From NCBI GenBank assembly GCA_963704725.1, contig OY969934.1:3328001-3392000 (forward strand): a stretch of DNA of 64,000 nucleotides, read 5' to 3'. The stretch comes from an uncultured Actinomycetes bacterium (lineage in GTDB: Bacteria; Actinomycetota; UBA4738; HRBIN12). Both the position numbers and the translations under genes were made by a program. Below are positions 31,835-41,775 of the stretch, piece by piece (the first letter of the stretch is position 1; each line of letters begins with the position of its first letter). Below the pieces are notes generated by a model. It searched no databases and was not told the origin of the DNA. It worked only from the letters and a program-made list of their open reading frames with translations.

Positions 31835-32913
31835 CAGGTGCCGGCGACCCTCCCCACCCACCGGGCGGGCTCGGCGATCTCGAGCATGGTCGGCAGGTTC
31901 TCCTCGCGCTCCCAGATGCGGTTGAACCCCTCCATCCCCAGCGCGTCCACCACGCCCCGCACGAACCGCTCGCCCGCCTCGTACTGTGCGATCTTCGTCT
32001 CGAAGCCGATCGCCCGCTGCAGCCCGCGCTCCATCCCGCCGGCCCGGCGACGCTGGCGGAGGGCGCCCCGCATCCGCCCGAGATCGCGAACGCGACCCTC
32101 CGCGACGCCGTTCATCACGAACGACGCATGTCCCTCCAGGAGGGACATCATGGCCTGCATCTTCGCGAACAGCGCCCGCTGCTCGTCCGTCATGAACAGG
32201 AGGATCCCCTGCGCGCCGCGCCAGTCGGCACCCCCGCGGATCTCCTCGGCGGCCCGCTTGATCTGCCCGAACACCTCGCGCGAGTCGACCTGCACCGTGT
32301 CCAGGTACCGGTCGATGTGGCGCTTCAGGTAGGTCTTCAACCACGGCGTGGCTCCGAACTGCACGCGGTGCGTGACCTCGTGGACGGCGATCCACAACCG
32401 GAAGTCGCGGGCCGGCAGCGCGAACCGGCGTTCCGTCTCGATCACGTTGGGACCGACGAAGTACAGGAGCCCCTCGTCGTCCGGCGGCAGGAACACGTCG
32501 TACTGGCCGAGCACCTTGCGGCTCACGTATCCGAGCAGGCCGCCGATCTGCGCGCCGAGCGCCTTGCGCCGGATCTCGCCGCGGCTGCGGCCCGGCGGAA
32601 GCATCTTGTCGGCGAGCGGCTCGAGCAACCGCTGCAGGGCGTTGAGGTTCGCCCCCACCCACTCGCCGCGGGACATCACCCACGCGCGCGAGCGGAAGCC
32701 GCCCGCGCGCAGCCCGGTGAACTCGCCGATCCAGCCCTCGGCCTCGGGCACGAGACCGGAGAGGTCCTCCCGCAGCCGGGCCCTCTCCACCGCCGGGATG
32801 GAGGGTCCCCCGCCACCGACCCGGCGGCCGGTGTCGGCGGCGGTACCCCAATCGACGAGCGCGGCGGCGCGGGAGCCCATGGACCAGTCGATGGCGGCGG
32901 CCTCCATGGCCAT
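31834..32913 (-). CDS. zinc-dependent metalloprotease-like protein (DUF2342 family)
   Basis: KVLGQYD, FRLWIAVHEVTHRVQF, MSLLEGHA, QYEAGERFV. Conserved position upstream of tilS in actinobacteria. Confidence 0.88.
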   Translation of the reverse strand: MAMEAAAIDWSMGSRAAALVDWGTAADTGRRVGGGGPSIPAVERARLREDLSGLVPEAEGWIGEFTGLRAGGFRSRAWVMSRGEWVGANLNALQRLLEPLADKMLPPGRSRGEIRRKALGAQIGGLLGYVSRKVLGQYDVFLPPDDEGLLYFVGPNVIETERRFALPARDFRLWIAVHEVTHRVQFGATPWLKTYLKRHIDRYLDTVQVDSREVFGQIKRAAEEIRGGADWRGAQGILLFMTDEQRALFAKMQAMMSLLEGHASFVMNGVAEGRVRDLGRMRGALRQRRRAGGMERGLQRAIGFETKIAQYEAGERFVRGVVDALGMEGFNRIWEREENLPTMLEIAEPARWVGRVAGT

Positions 32914-32922
32914 CGAGGGCGG

Positions 32923-33540
32923 CTAGCCCTCGGCCTTCTTCCGTGCTGCGATCATCGCGGCGCGCCGAGCCTGACCCTCGGCCACGCGCCGGTCGGTCCC
33001 CTTCGCCAGCAGCTCGGCCAGCGTGGCGTCGAACGTCTCCTGGTCGAGCGCGACCTCACGGTGCTCCGCCGCCGCCGGAGCGGGGACCGGCGCCGACGCC
33101 GCGGGTGGCGGCGCCGCTCCGGCAGGCTGCTCCGCCGCCGCGGGCGCGGGTGCGGGAGTCGGAGCCGGTGTGACGGCGGCGGGCGCGGGGGACGGAGTGG
33201 TCGCGGCGGGTGCGGGTGCCGCAGCTGCTGCGACCGGAGCCGGGGCGGCGAAGGTCGGAGCCGCGGCGACCGCGGCGACGGGCGGCTGAACGACCAGCGG
33301 TGCGCTCGTGATGTTGACCGGACGGCGCACGTCCTTGCCCGGCTGCATCCGCGGGGCCCGCACCGGTCGCCGCGCCGTCTCCGCGGTCTGGAACCGCGGC
33401 GCCAGGCGCATGTACCCGAAGACCACGAGGAGCAGCATGATCACGCCGAGCACGGCCAGCAGGACCGCCGCGTTGTACACCCAGCCGCCGTTGTTGAGGA
33501 TCGGCGTGGCCGTGGGTGGAACGATGGTCTGCCCGAGCAC
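32923..33540 (-). CDS. hypothetical membrane protein with Pro/Ala-rich linker and small C-terminal helical domain
   Basis: GTG is 7 nt after -10 TAGAAT. One TM, a PA-rich tract, then DQETFDATLAELLAKGTDRRVAEGQARRAA. Confidence 0.75.
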   Translation of the reverse strand: MLGQTIVPPTATPILNNGGWVYNAAVLLAVLGVIMLLLVVFGYMRLAPRFQTAETARRPVRAPRMQPGKDVRRPVNITSAPLVVQPPVAAVAAAPTFAAPAPVAAAAAPAPAATTPSPAPAAVTPAPTPAPAPAAAEQPAGAAPPPAASAPVPAPAAAEHREVALDQETFDATLAELLAKGTDRRVAEGQARRAAMIAARKKAEG

Positions 33541-33550
33541 GGCGGGGATT

Positions 33551-35713
33551 CTACAGGTGGACCTCGCCGAGCGAGCGAGCGCCCGAGACGGCCGAGGCGA
33601 GGCGCCCATCCCCACTCGCGGGGATCTCGCTGGTGGGCGCGAGCGCCGGCGTCGTCGCATCGCCGGGCAGGAGACATTCGACGGTCGTTCCTTCACCGGG
33701 AGAGCCGTGGATCGTGCACCACCCGCCCGCGAGCTGCGCCCGCTCGCGCATCCCGTCGATACCGATGTGGCCAAGGACGGGATCGGCGAGCCGCTCGAGC
33801 GTGATCCCGACGCCGTCGTCCTCGACGTGGATCCACACCGAACCTTCCCTCGTCTCGAGGGTCACCGCGGCTCGAGAGGCCCGCGCATGCTTCCGGATGT
33901 TGGCCAACGCCTCCTGGACGATGCGATAGGCGTTGACGCTCGTCTCGCTCGACGGCTCGGCTGCGAGCCGATCCTCCACCCGCAGCTCGACGCCCGCTTC
34001 CCCCAGGTCCTCACCGAGCCGCCGGATGGCGTCGGCGAGGCCGCCTCGCTCGACGGCGGGGGGTCGCAGCTCGAAGAGCAACTGCCGGAGCCGACCGATC
34101 GAGAGTCGCACCAACTCCCCAAGGGCATCGAGGGCCTCCTGCGCCTCGGGCTCGGCGATGCGCCGGCAGAGGACGTCGAGCTGGATGCCCACAGCGGTCA
34201 TCTTCTGGACGGGATCGTCGTGGATGTCCGAGGCGATCCGCCGGCGCTCCTCTTCGTGGGCTCCGACCAATCGCTGCTCGCTCCGACGCAGCAGCTCCTT
34301 GGACCGCCTCTGCTCGGTCATGTCGAGCACGAACCCGGCGAAGCGCTCCTCGGGTCCGGGAAGCAGGGCGTCGGCGATGAGCACCGGGATCCGGGAGCCG
34401 TCGCGACGGACGTACTCCTTCTCGAACGGCACGCACGCGCCTCGCTCGCGGATCTCGCGGAGCGATCGCTCGTCTGCAGCCAGCCATTCGGGCGGCGTGA
34501 CGGCTCGCCAGTTCACCTCACCGGCCTCGAGCTCCTCGCGGGTGTGGCCGATCACTTCGAGGTAGTAGTCGTTCGCGGTGAAGACGCGGCCCGTGCCGTC
34601 GCTGATCCCGATGCCGACGATGTTGGCGTCGACGAGACACTGGAAGCGATCTCGTTCGATCCGCAACGCCTCTTCGGCTCGCGTGCGAACCGCGATGTCC
34701 CGCGACAGGAGGATCGCCCGCCGACGCGCAACCAGCGCGAAGTGGGTGGCGAGGCCGAGCAGCCCGGCCGAGACGACGGCGATGCCGAGGAGGACCTCCC
34801 GGACACCTCCGACGTCCCGGATCGCGCCGCCCTCGAGCAGCTTCACGTTCGCGAGCGACTCGACCAACGCGAAGTTCGTGACGACGACACCGATCCCGAT
34901 CGCCCAGGGCAGCCACCGGGGGATGCCCTCCTCGATGGCGGTCGATCCCCGCCACGCGCGTTCGATCAGCCCACCCGACAACAGCACCAAGCCCGCGGAG
35001 GTCCCAACGGCGATGGCCTCGGCGTCGCCCCACCGATACGCGGTGCTCATCCCGAGCAGATAACCCACCAGCGCGACGAACCCGACCGAGCCCACGAACA
35101 TCCCGGCGAGCCCGACCGTCGTCGGCATCCATCGCCGCTGGCGCCCGATGCCGATGAGCCCCAGGGCGAGGGCGGCGACCAGGAACGCCACGGCGGTGTT
35201 CGGCGCCATCCGAGGCAGCTGGTCCGGGGTGAGCCGGAAGTCACGGACGATGAGCTCGTCGATCCGAAGATCGACGGAGAAGAGGTACTCCAGTGCGGTG
35301 AGGCCGCCGATCGTGGCCAGGACGGCCGCGCTCACCAACACGACGGCTCGTCGGCCCACGGCCGCGGCGACGACCCCCGCGCCGGCCACGACGAAACAGA
35401 CGGCGGTGTTGAATCGGATCGGCGTGGTCCCCCGGACGAGCTGGACGAGGGCCGGCGACCGGGTCACGACGCCGAGCATCCCGGCCAGGCCCAGGGCGAC
35501 GCAGGCACCACCCAGGGCGATGGGCATCCGAGGTGATCGTCGTCCGGCCGGCCGAGAACGCGGCGAGTCGAGCGGCCACCTCTCGAGCGGCGCAGCGAAC
35601 GGCGGGGTAGGCGGATCGTTCGGGCGACCGGTCATGTCGCTCCGCGGAGCCCGTTCGGGCGCATGTCCCTCTCTCGACACGCGGCTCCACGGCCTTGACG
35701 GGCCGTTCGTCAT
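33551..35713 (-). CDS. membrane PAS-domain sensor histidine kinase (HisKA_3); start uncertain (35527, 35635 or 35713)
   Basis: Multiple TMs, PAS (ANDYYLEVIGHT...EKEYVRRDGSRIPV), IASDIHDD, QEALANIRKHA, DDGVG. Confidence 0.88.
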   Translation of the reverse strand: MTNGPSRPWSRVSREGHAPERAPRSDMTGRPNDPPTPPFAAPLERWPLDSPRSRPAGRRSPRMPIALGGACVALGLAGMLGVVTRSPALVQLVRGTTPIRFNTAVCFVVAGAGVVAAAVGRRAVVLVSAAVLATIGGLTALEYLFSVDLRIDELIVRDFRLTPDQLPRMAPNTAVAFLVAALALGLIGIGRQRRWMPTTVGLAGMFVGSVGFVALVGYLLGMSTAYRWGDAEAIAVGTSAGLVLLSGGLIERAWRGSTAIEEGIPRWLPWAIGIGVVVTNFALVESLANVKLLEGGAIRDVGGVREVLLGIAVVSAGLLGLATHFALVARRRAILLSRDIAVRTRAEEALRIERDRFQCLVDANIVGIGISDGTGRVFTANDYYLEVIGHTREELEAGEVNWRAVTPPEWLAADERSLREIRERGACVPFEKEYVRRDGSRIPVLIADALLPGPEERFAGFVLDMTEQRRSKELLRRSEQRLVGAHEEERRRIASDIHDDPVQKMTAVGIQLDVLCRRIAEPEAQEALDALGELVRLSIGRLRQLLFELRPPAVERGGLADAIRRLGEDLGEAGVELRVEDRLAAEPSSETSVNAYRIVQEALANIRKHARASRAAVTLETREGSVWIHVEDDGVGITLERLADPVLGHIGIDGMRERAQLAGGWCTIHGSPGEGTTVECLLPGDATTPALAPTSEIPASGDGRLASAVSGARSLGEVHL

Positions 35714-35786
35714 GCGCCGACCGGGTCTGTTGGTCCGCGAGATCGACGCGCACTCTGGGGGCTGGTCTGTTGTCGGGGACCGGGCG

Positions 35787-35835
35787 TTGGAGCCGGAGAG
35801 TGGATTCGAACCCCTGACCTACCACTTACGAGGCG
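35787..35835 (-). repeat. displaced 3' half of tRNA-Thr (att-site direct repeat)
   Basis: 49-bp copy of 41775-41823 with 3 mismatches. Runs from the CCA end through the anticodon loop, then diverges. Confidence 0.9.
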
Positions 35836-35926
35836 TCGTCCAGGCTCCCGTCCCCTTCAATCCCCTTCCCTTCGGGAACGTCCCTGCGATGAGGGACAGA
35901 TCCTCACGGACGGGGACGGAAACATC

Positions 35927-35950
35927 CTGTTATCCGTTCTGTTGCCCGTT
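35927..35950. repeat. tandem 12-bp direct repeat CTGTT(AT/GC)CCGTT, candidate integrase arm-type sites
   Basis: CTGTTATCCGTT CTGTTGCCCGTT, about 90 bp inside the att repeat. Confidence 0.5.
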
Positions 35951-36330
35951 TGACGCACCGACGATCCCCGCGATGTCGGGGGGCCAGATATGCGTGCCGG
36001 GCGGCAGCTTCCGCGGGAACCCGAAGCCGCGCCCGCCTGGCACGGGAGTGCGGTCGTCCGCCAGATTCTCCACAACGAAGCCGGCGCCCGGCGACCTGGT
36101 TTCGGCAACAGTCCAGACCCAGGACACGCGATCCCGAGAGCCCTCCTTCGTGGCTGCTGCGCCCTGTGGGCCGTTGCCGGCGTCCACGCCTTCGGATGGC
36201 TTAGCCCGCGGACCTCCCCGTTCGGGGCAGGCCGTGGACTGAAGGACCGGGCGTGGGTCGTCGATCGACCCTGCCGCACGCCGAAGCTCACCGAGGACGA
36301 TGGGTCGTACCACGGTTGGAGAGGCTCTCG

Positions 36331-38382
36331 ATGGAGCAGCGCACCCCGACACGCCAGAACCGGGCGACGCCCATGCTCCGGGGCGGGCGCGTCTTCGCGG
36401 TGCTCGCCGCCGCTGGTGGGCTGCTCACCTGCCGCGGCGCCGTCTCGACGAGAGTGCGCGCGTGGCCGAGCGAGTCCAGCTTCGATGAGGGCGTCGTCCT
36501 CCGCCCACTCACGGATGCGAGCCCGATCCTCCCCTTGATCGCGCTCACGGCCGGCCTGACGGTCGTGACTCTCGCGGTCGCGTTCATCGTTCTTCGCCGG
36601 ACCCAGACCCGCGCAGTGCTGGCGCTCGTGCTGGTCGCGGTGGCCGTCTCGACCGCCCTGGCCTTCACGGAACTCCGGATCGGCGGGGCCTCCACGCTCG
36701 TCCCCGGCGATGTGCGAGGCGACCTTCCGGTGTGCGACCGGGAGGCGGACCCGCCGTGCCTGAACGTGTACTGGCCGACCGAGACGATCGTCTGGGGAGG
36801 GTGGATCGCGGCGTTCTGGGGGACCTGGGCGCTGATCCGCGTCCGCGTAAGACCGGGCCAAGTCCGCAGCCGGGCGGACGTATCGGCGCCGATCGTCCAC
36901 GACCCATCGACCTCGGCGGAGCCGAGGGCGTCGGTCGGGTGGCAGGGATCGGGTCCCGTGCTTCCCGCCCCGGGCGGGCGCACCCTCGGGGTCGTGAGCG
37001 GTGCGCGCAAGCTCGGCGCAGTGATTGTCGGATGGATCGCCGGCGTCGTTCTCAGCACTGTCGCGTCGATGCTTGTCGCCGCTGGTGCGGACTCTTGGCA
37101 GTTGCATCGGGAGGGCGTCGGCCTCGGCCTGTTCACGCTCGTCTACTGGTTCTGGGGCTTCTGCATTGGCGTTCTGATCGTCGGCCCGGTCGTCGCGGTG
37201 CTCCTGGTTCGCCGAACCTTGACCACTCCGACTCCGGCGGGAGCCCCTGCCCTGACGGTCCCTCAGGGCCCGAACGCCGAGGGAGGGTGGTCTGCGGCCC
37301 AGATGCGGTCCGATCCACAGCTTCGGCCGGGCCCCGATCTCGGTGTCAGGCTCCGCGCCCGCTGGGGACGGTCGGCGCCAGCGGCGGTGGTGTGGATCGC
37401 CGCGAGCGCCACGGTGGTCGCGGTGGGCGCGTTCGGGGGCTGTGTTGCGCTGGACCTGGGTCCCTGCCACGGCCTTCCGCCGCACGAGCAGATCGCCCGC
37501 TTCGGGGGGATCGGCTACGTCTTGCGGAGCCCCGACGGGTCGCTGGATGCCTACATCTGGTCGTACCCCGACGTGGGGGCAATCGGCCTGCTGACCCGAG
37601 ACGGCGCGACCGGGACGACCGGGGAGCGGACCGGAGAGGACCTCGGCGGGGGCGAACTCATCCCGACGGACATCGCGTGGATGCCGGACTCGCGCCGGCT
37701 ACTCATCGTCTTCGAGGATGGAGGGAGCCTGGTCGGTGACCGCATCGGCATCTTCTCGTTCGGAACCGGCAGCCTGGAGAGGACCTTCGGTGTTCCGTTC
37801 GTCGCGGAAGACCTCGCTGGCATCGACGTGAGCCCCGACGGAACCTCTGCGCTCGTCATCTCGGACCGGTTCGCGAACGAGGAGGACGAGGTCCGGAACG
37901 TCGGCCGCCTCTACCGCATCGACCTTGGCACGGGCGATGCTGGCGTGGTTCCGGCTCAGTTCCTCGGGTCGCCGAGCCGTCCCGTGTACGTCGACGCTAG
38001 TCATGCCGTGGTGGTGGACTCGTCCTTCGACCGCAGCACGCTGAGCCTGGTTGATCTCGAGACTGGGACGGTCCGGGAGCTCACGCCTCCCGATCTCAAC
38101 GTGGTCGACGTGGCGGGGCGAGCCCCAGGGGGCGAGATCGTCGTGCTCGCCTACCATTCGCGCCCCGACGGCGTCGGGGACTACCAGGACCGCCAGGATC
38201 CCGTCATCGCCGCCGTCGACGTCCGGACGGGTGAGGTGCGGGAGCTCTTCGCCCCCGGCGTCGTAGGGCATGTACGGATGCAGTCCGATACCGACGTAGC
38301 GGTCGCACTCGCAGACACATGCTCGGGCGACTGCAGCGGTGCCGAGGTCTGGGTGCTCGACCTGTCGCGGTACCTCGAATAG
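36331..38382 (+). CDS. hypothetical multi-TM protein with C-terminal TolB/PD40-like beta-propeller
   Basis: Several TM clusters, then SPDG, AWMPDSRRL and DVSPDGTSAL blades. SD GGAGAGG before the ATG. Confidence 0.7.
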   Translation: MEQRTPTRQNRATPMLRGGRVFAVLAAAGGLLTCRGAVSTRVRAWPSESSFDEGVVLRPLTDASPILPLIALTAGLTVVTLAVAFIVLRRTQTRAVLALVLVAVAVSTALAFTELRIGGASTLVPGDVRGDLPVCDREADPPCLNVYWPTETIVWGGWIAAFWGTWALIRVRVRPGQVRSRADVSAPIVHDPSTSAEPRASVGWQGSGPVLPAPGGRTLGVVSGARKLGAVIVGWIAGVVLSTVASMLVAAGADSWQLHREGVGLGLFTLVYWFWGFCIGVLIVGPVVAVLLVRRTLTTPTPAGAPALTVPQGPNAEGGWSAAQMRSDPQLRPGPDLGVRLRARWGRSAPAAVVWIAASATVVAVGAFGGCVALDLGPCHGLPPHEQIARFGGIGYVLRSPDGSLDAYIWSYPDVGAIGLLTRDGATGTTGERTGEDLGGGELIPTDIAWMPDSRRLLIVFEDGGSLVGDRIGIFSFGTGSLERTFGVPFVAEDLAGIDVSPDGTSALVISDRFANEEDEVRNVGRLYRIDLGTGDAGVVPAQFLGSPSRPVYVDASHAVVVDSSFDRSTLSLVDLETGTVRELTPPDLNVVDVAGRAPGGEIVVLAYHSRPDGVGDYQDRQDPVIAAVDVRTGEVRELFAPGVVGHVRMQSDTDVAVALADTCSGDCSGAEVWVLDLSRYLE

Positions 38383-38570
38383 GGACGCCCGATCTCTGGA
38401 ACTAACGACCGACACTGGCACGAGTCGTACCCCCCGCTGTTCCCGGGCGTAGCGGGCGACGCGATCATGGCAAGCTGGCAGAACCGCGACCGAACCATCG
38501 CGATGCCCCGTGCAGCCGTGGCACCAGTAGGCGGTTCAAGCGGCGGCGGCGCGTTGCCGATGAGGACAAC

Positions 38571-39764
38571 GTGCGCCGCGCCGCTCTCGCCATCCTGGTC
38601 TGGCTGGCTTCCGCGCTCCTGGTCCCCACGGCCGCAGTCGCCGATGGAGTCGTCGTGTCCGACGGGAACGACACGCCGGCCGGAAGCCTCGACATTCGGC
38701 GAACCAACGTCGAGCACGACGGCCGCTCGATCCTGCACCGGGTGGACACGTTCGAGGCGTTCTCGCCGGCCAGCCTCGCCGACGACGAGGCGCTCATCGG
38801 CATCGCGATCGACACGAACGGGGATCCCCGGGACGTCGAACGCCTCGCGATGGTCGTCGGCGGGTCCCGCTTCCGCGGGGTCGTGACCACCGGGTCCGGC
38901 CGGCGGTTGATCGCGACCGCACGCGTGCTCCACCCCACCAGCCGGTCCGTGGTGATCCGGTTGCAGCGATCGGCTCTCCCACGCGGCACGACCGACTACC
39001 GGTGGTTCGCCTTCGCTTCCACCAACGCCGGGGGCAACTGCTGCACCGACTCGGCCCCGGACCGCGACTGGCTGTGGCACGACATCGCCGCGCCAACCAT
39101 CGACGGGCCGAGCATCCAGGTGTTCCAGACCGTTCCCTCCAGCACCGTCGTGCCGGTGTCCTTCGCGGTGTCGGATGCGGGAGGCAGCGGGCTGGCGAGC
39201 TGGACGCTGAGGACGAGGGTGATCGACAGCGACGGCTGGACGGACAGCGCGACGGGCTCTGAGGAAGAGGTGACGACTTCCTTCACCGGCGAGGAGGGCG
39301 TCACGTACCACCTGTGCGTCAAGGCCGTGGATCGCGCCGGCAACGAGTCCGGGCTCCATCCGGGAGCCCTTGCATCGATCCCGTTCGACGACGCCCGCTT
39401 CACGTATTCGGGCGAGTGGACGTCCAGCGCAGACCCGACCGACTTCGCGGGGACTCGGCACGAGACCGCCACGCCGGGTGCCACCGCGCAGATCGTGCTC
39501 GGCGAGGGGCTCGGGAGCGATCTAGTGGTCCCGCCCGGGCACACCGGCCGCGTCCGCGTCACCGTCAACGGCGCCGTGATCGGCGACATCCTGTACTCGG
39601 CCAAGGCGGAGCCCCGTCAGCTCTCCCTCGACGGCGTCGACCCGTCCGACCTGACGCTTGCCTCCAACGTGGTGACGTTCGAGCTCGTGAGCGGCACATT
39701 CGGCATCGATGGAATCCGGGTCCTCCCCCATCTCCCGAGCTCGACGTACACCTCCTGCGGCTGA
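38571..39764 (+). CDS. secreted hypothetical protein with FN3/Ig-like domain
   Basis: Signal peptide MRRAALAILVWLASALLVPTAAVA, SDAGGSGLASW, YHLCVKAVDRAGNES. Confidence 0.75.
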   Translation: MRRAALAILVWLASALLVPTAAVADGVVVSDGNDTPAGSLDIRRTNVEHDGRSILHRVDTFEAFSPASLADDEALIGIAIDTNGDPRDVERLAMVVGGSRFRGVVTTGSGRRLIATARVLHPTSRSVVIRLQRSALPRGTTDYRWFAFASTNAGGNCCTDSAPDRDWLWHDIAAPTIDGPSIQVFQTVPSSTVVPVSFAVSDAGGSGLASWTLRTRVIDSDGWTDSATGSEEEVTTSFTGEEGVTYHLCVKAVDRAGNESGLHPGALASIPFDDARFTYSGEWTSSADPTDFAGTRHETATPGATAQIVLGEGLGSDLVVPPGHTGRVRVTVNGAVIGDILYSAKAEPRQLSLDGVDPSDLTLASNVVTFELVSGTFGIDGIRVLPHLPSSTYTSCG

Positions 39765-39862
39765 GGATTGTCGGCCCCTGCTACCGGCCCGCCCGCCGGT
39801 TCATGACGCGCACGAGCACGTCGGGGTCGGGCCGCTTGGTCGGTCCTCACGCGGAAGAGGCC

Positions 39863-40599
39863 TCAGGAGTTGTCGAGGACCCTGAACCTCACGACCCGCA
39901 CGCTCCAACCCTCATGTGCGAGGGGGGTAGCGAAGGTCCCCTTCGTCGCCGTCGTCCAGGATGACCTGCTTACCGGGCACACCGTCACCCCGAAGGTGTG
40001 CCACTCCCGGCCGGGGCCGCACACGAGGAAGACCGGTGCCCGCGACCGGACCAGGCCGGCCCACTTGCGATGGGCGTTGAGAACGGACGCCGGCCCTGAC
40101 AGGCAGTCGTCGTGGGCGCCCTTGGCCCCGCATCGGTTGACCCGCCGATGAGCCGGGCGACGTTGCCCGCGCTCGACTTCGGCTCCCCCGCGAGCCACTC
40201 ATGCTTCCTCAAGGAGACGCGCCCGATGAGGTCGAAGGCGTAGTCCGTCGACTCGAAGCCGAGGCTCCACTTGGGCCAGCCGTGCAGGTAGTGCAGCCGG
40301 GCGGCCGTCGCCACGGCGACGATCCCCTCCATGAACAGCGAGACGGGCCGGGGATGAGCTCTTGGCGCTGCCCTCCCAGAACAACATGGTCCTGAAGCTG
40401 CTGGCCGGTAGCTACAGCTCCCCCTGGGCAGCTGCTCGACGAGCCCCGAGCGGATCCCGGCGATCACCCACTCCGCATCCGGCTCGTCAACCAGGTCGAC
40501 GCGGCTCCAGTCGAAGCCGCCCGGTTCGTACCCGTTCTCCGCGGTGTAGCGATCGAGGAGCTCCTCGATCAGGCTGGGGAACTCGCTTCGGACGCTCAC
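39863..40599 (-). pseudogene. frameshifted hypothetical gene, possible PD-(D/E)XK nuclease fold
   Basis: Protein-like segments switch between ORFs 39985-40599, 40199-40387 and 39863-40198. Motif AFDLIG...LAGEPK. Confidence 0.5.
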
Positions 40600-40692
40600 T
40601 GGGAGAGGTGGAGCTGCCAGGCGGTGACGCCCCAGAAGGGCGACTTCGAGAAGGCCTCCCGCGGACCTGCGTGACCGGAAGGTGCGGAGGAC

Positions 40693-40884
40693 TCAGGGTG
40701 AAGCCTTCGTCGCTGGCGATGGATGTCGTCGCGCAGCAGCGGTGATCAGCCGAGCCCGACCCGCGTCACGGTTCCCCCGTAGTCGAGGACCCACACGCTG
40801 CCGGGCGACCGCCACATCGATCTGTGTGGACCATTGATCGAGGTGGACGGACACGTCCACGGTCTTCGGGCCGTCGGCCAGCAT
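40693..40884 (-). CDS. short hypothetical ORF or gene remnant (63 aa)
   Basis: Strong SD AAGGAGGT before ATG 40884. The C-terminal half looks out of frame. Confidence 0.35.
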   Translation of the reverse strand: MLADGPKTVDVSVHLDQWSTQIDVAVARQRVGPRLRGNRDAGRARLITAAARRHPSPATKASP

Positions 40885-40935
40885 GGCGGTTACACCTCCT
40901 TCAGCAGGCGGGCTCTCCCTGCCGATGAGAACAGC

Positions 40936-41466
40936 ATGGATGGCACCATTGCTGCCCCCAGGAAGCGACTCCGCCCGGGTGCGGTCGCCGTCGCTGTAGC
41001 CCTCGTTCTTGCCCTCGCCATCGGCGGGGGAGCCCTCGCGAGCTGGATCATCCACGCGCGAGAGGACCCGTACGCTGCCGCCAACGTGCCCGAACTCGGG
41101 CTTCGAGTCTCCGACTACGTGATGATGCCGCCACTCGGCCAGGTCTACGCGGTCGGCGATGTGGACGTCGTGCTGATGTCCACCGTCGCCCTTGAGGAGG
41201 GCGGGACGGCGCTCCACTTCGTGCTCCGGCGGGAGGGTCCGCTTCCCCAGTACGACGTCCGGCTGACGTCCGCGGGCACTCCAGGGCCGGGTTCAGGCGA
41301 ATCGACGAGCACCTGCGGAGCCTCCGGACGGACCGGCTGGGGCGAGTGCTACATCCGAGTTCCCGCGTCACTGGGCGACACGGTGACGATGAACCTCGTC
41401 GTCGATCGGGAGCCCGTGGGGTCGTTCGACCTCACGATCCCGAACTGGGACGGGACTGTCCCTTAA
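40936..41466 (+). CDS. hypothetical membrane-anchored protein
   Basis: RKRLRP followed by a hydrophobic anchor and a beta-rich domain with a Cys pair. Confidence 0.65.
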   Translation: MDGTIAAPRKRLRPGAVAVAVALVLALAIGGGALASWIIHAREDPYAAANVPELGLRVSDYVMMPPLGQVYAVGDVDVVLMSTVALEEGGTALHFVLRREGPLPQYDVRLTSAGTPGPGSGESTSTCGASGRTGWGECYIRVPASLGDTVTMNLVVDREPVGSFDLTIPNWDGTVP

Positions 41467-41775
41467 CGGGCACGACCGCCGAGATTGCGCGCGCTCGTCG
41501 ACGGAGTGACGACCCTTCGGTGCGAGCGCACGGGCGCGGCCTGGATCCTGTTCGAGGATCGAGGTCCCTGAGGCCGAGCTGCCCCTGCTCGTGCAGGTCC
41601 ATCTCGACCTGCTCCTGGCAGGGGAGGGCTATCGCCCGGGTCAGTACCTGTAGACGCTGGCAGGTTGCCGGGAGGACACGGGTTTCGATCTCCAGTGCTC
41701 GAGAGGCCCTTTGTTGCGAGGTCGAGGATGGGCCGCATCGGCGGTCAGCGCAACCGGGCCGTCACCAGGGCCTTT

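Noticed and set aside
33060-33290. Repeat-like GC tract
   Set aside because: Low-complexity Pro/Ala coding linker, with no fixed repeat-spacer structure; not CRISPR or a VNTR.
35787-35835. Second tRNA-Thr gene
   Set aside because: Only the 3' half is present, with no D arm or 5' acceptor strand; treated as an att repeat.
41490-41730. Protein-like remnant next to the tRNA (…EAELPLLVQVHLDLLLAGEGYRPGQYL*)
   Set aside because: Interrupted by a frameshift and a stop, with no integrase or other recognisable motif; too little to call.
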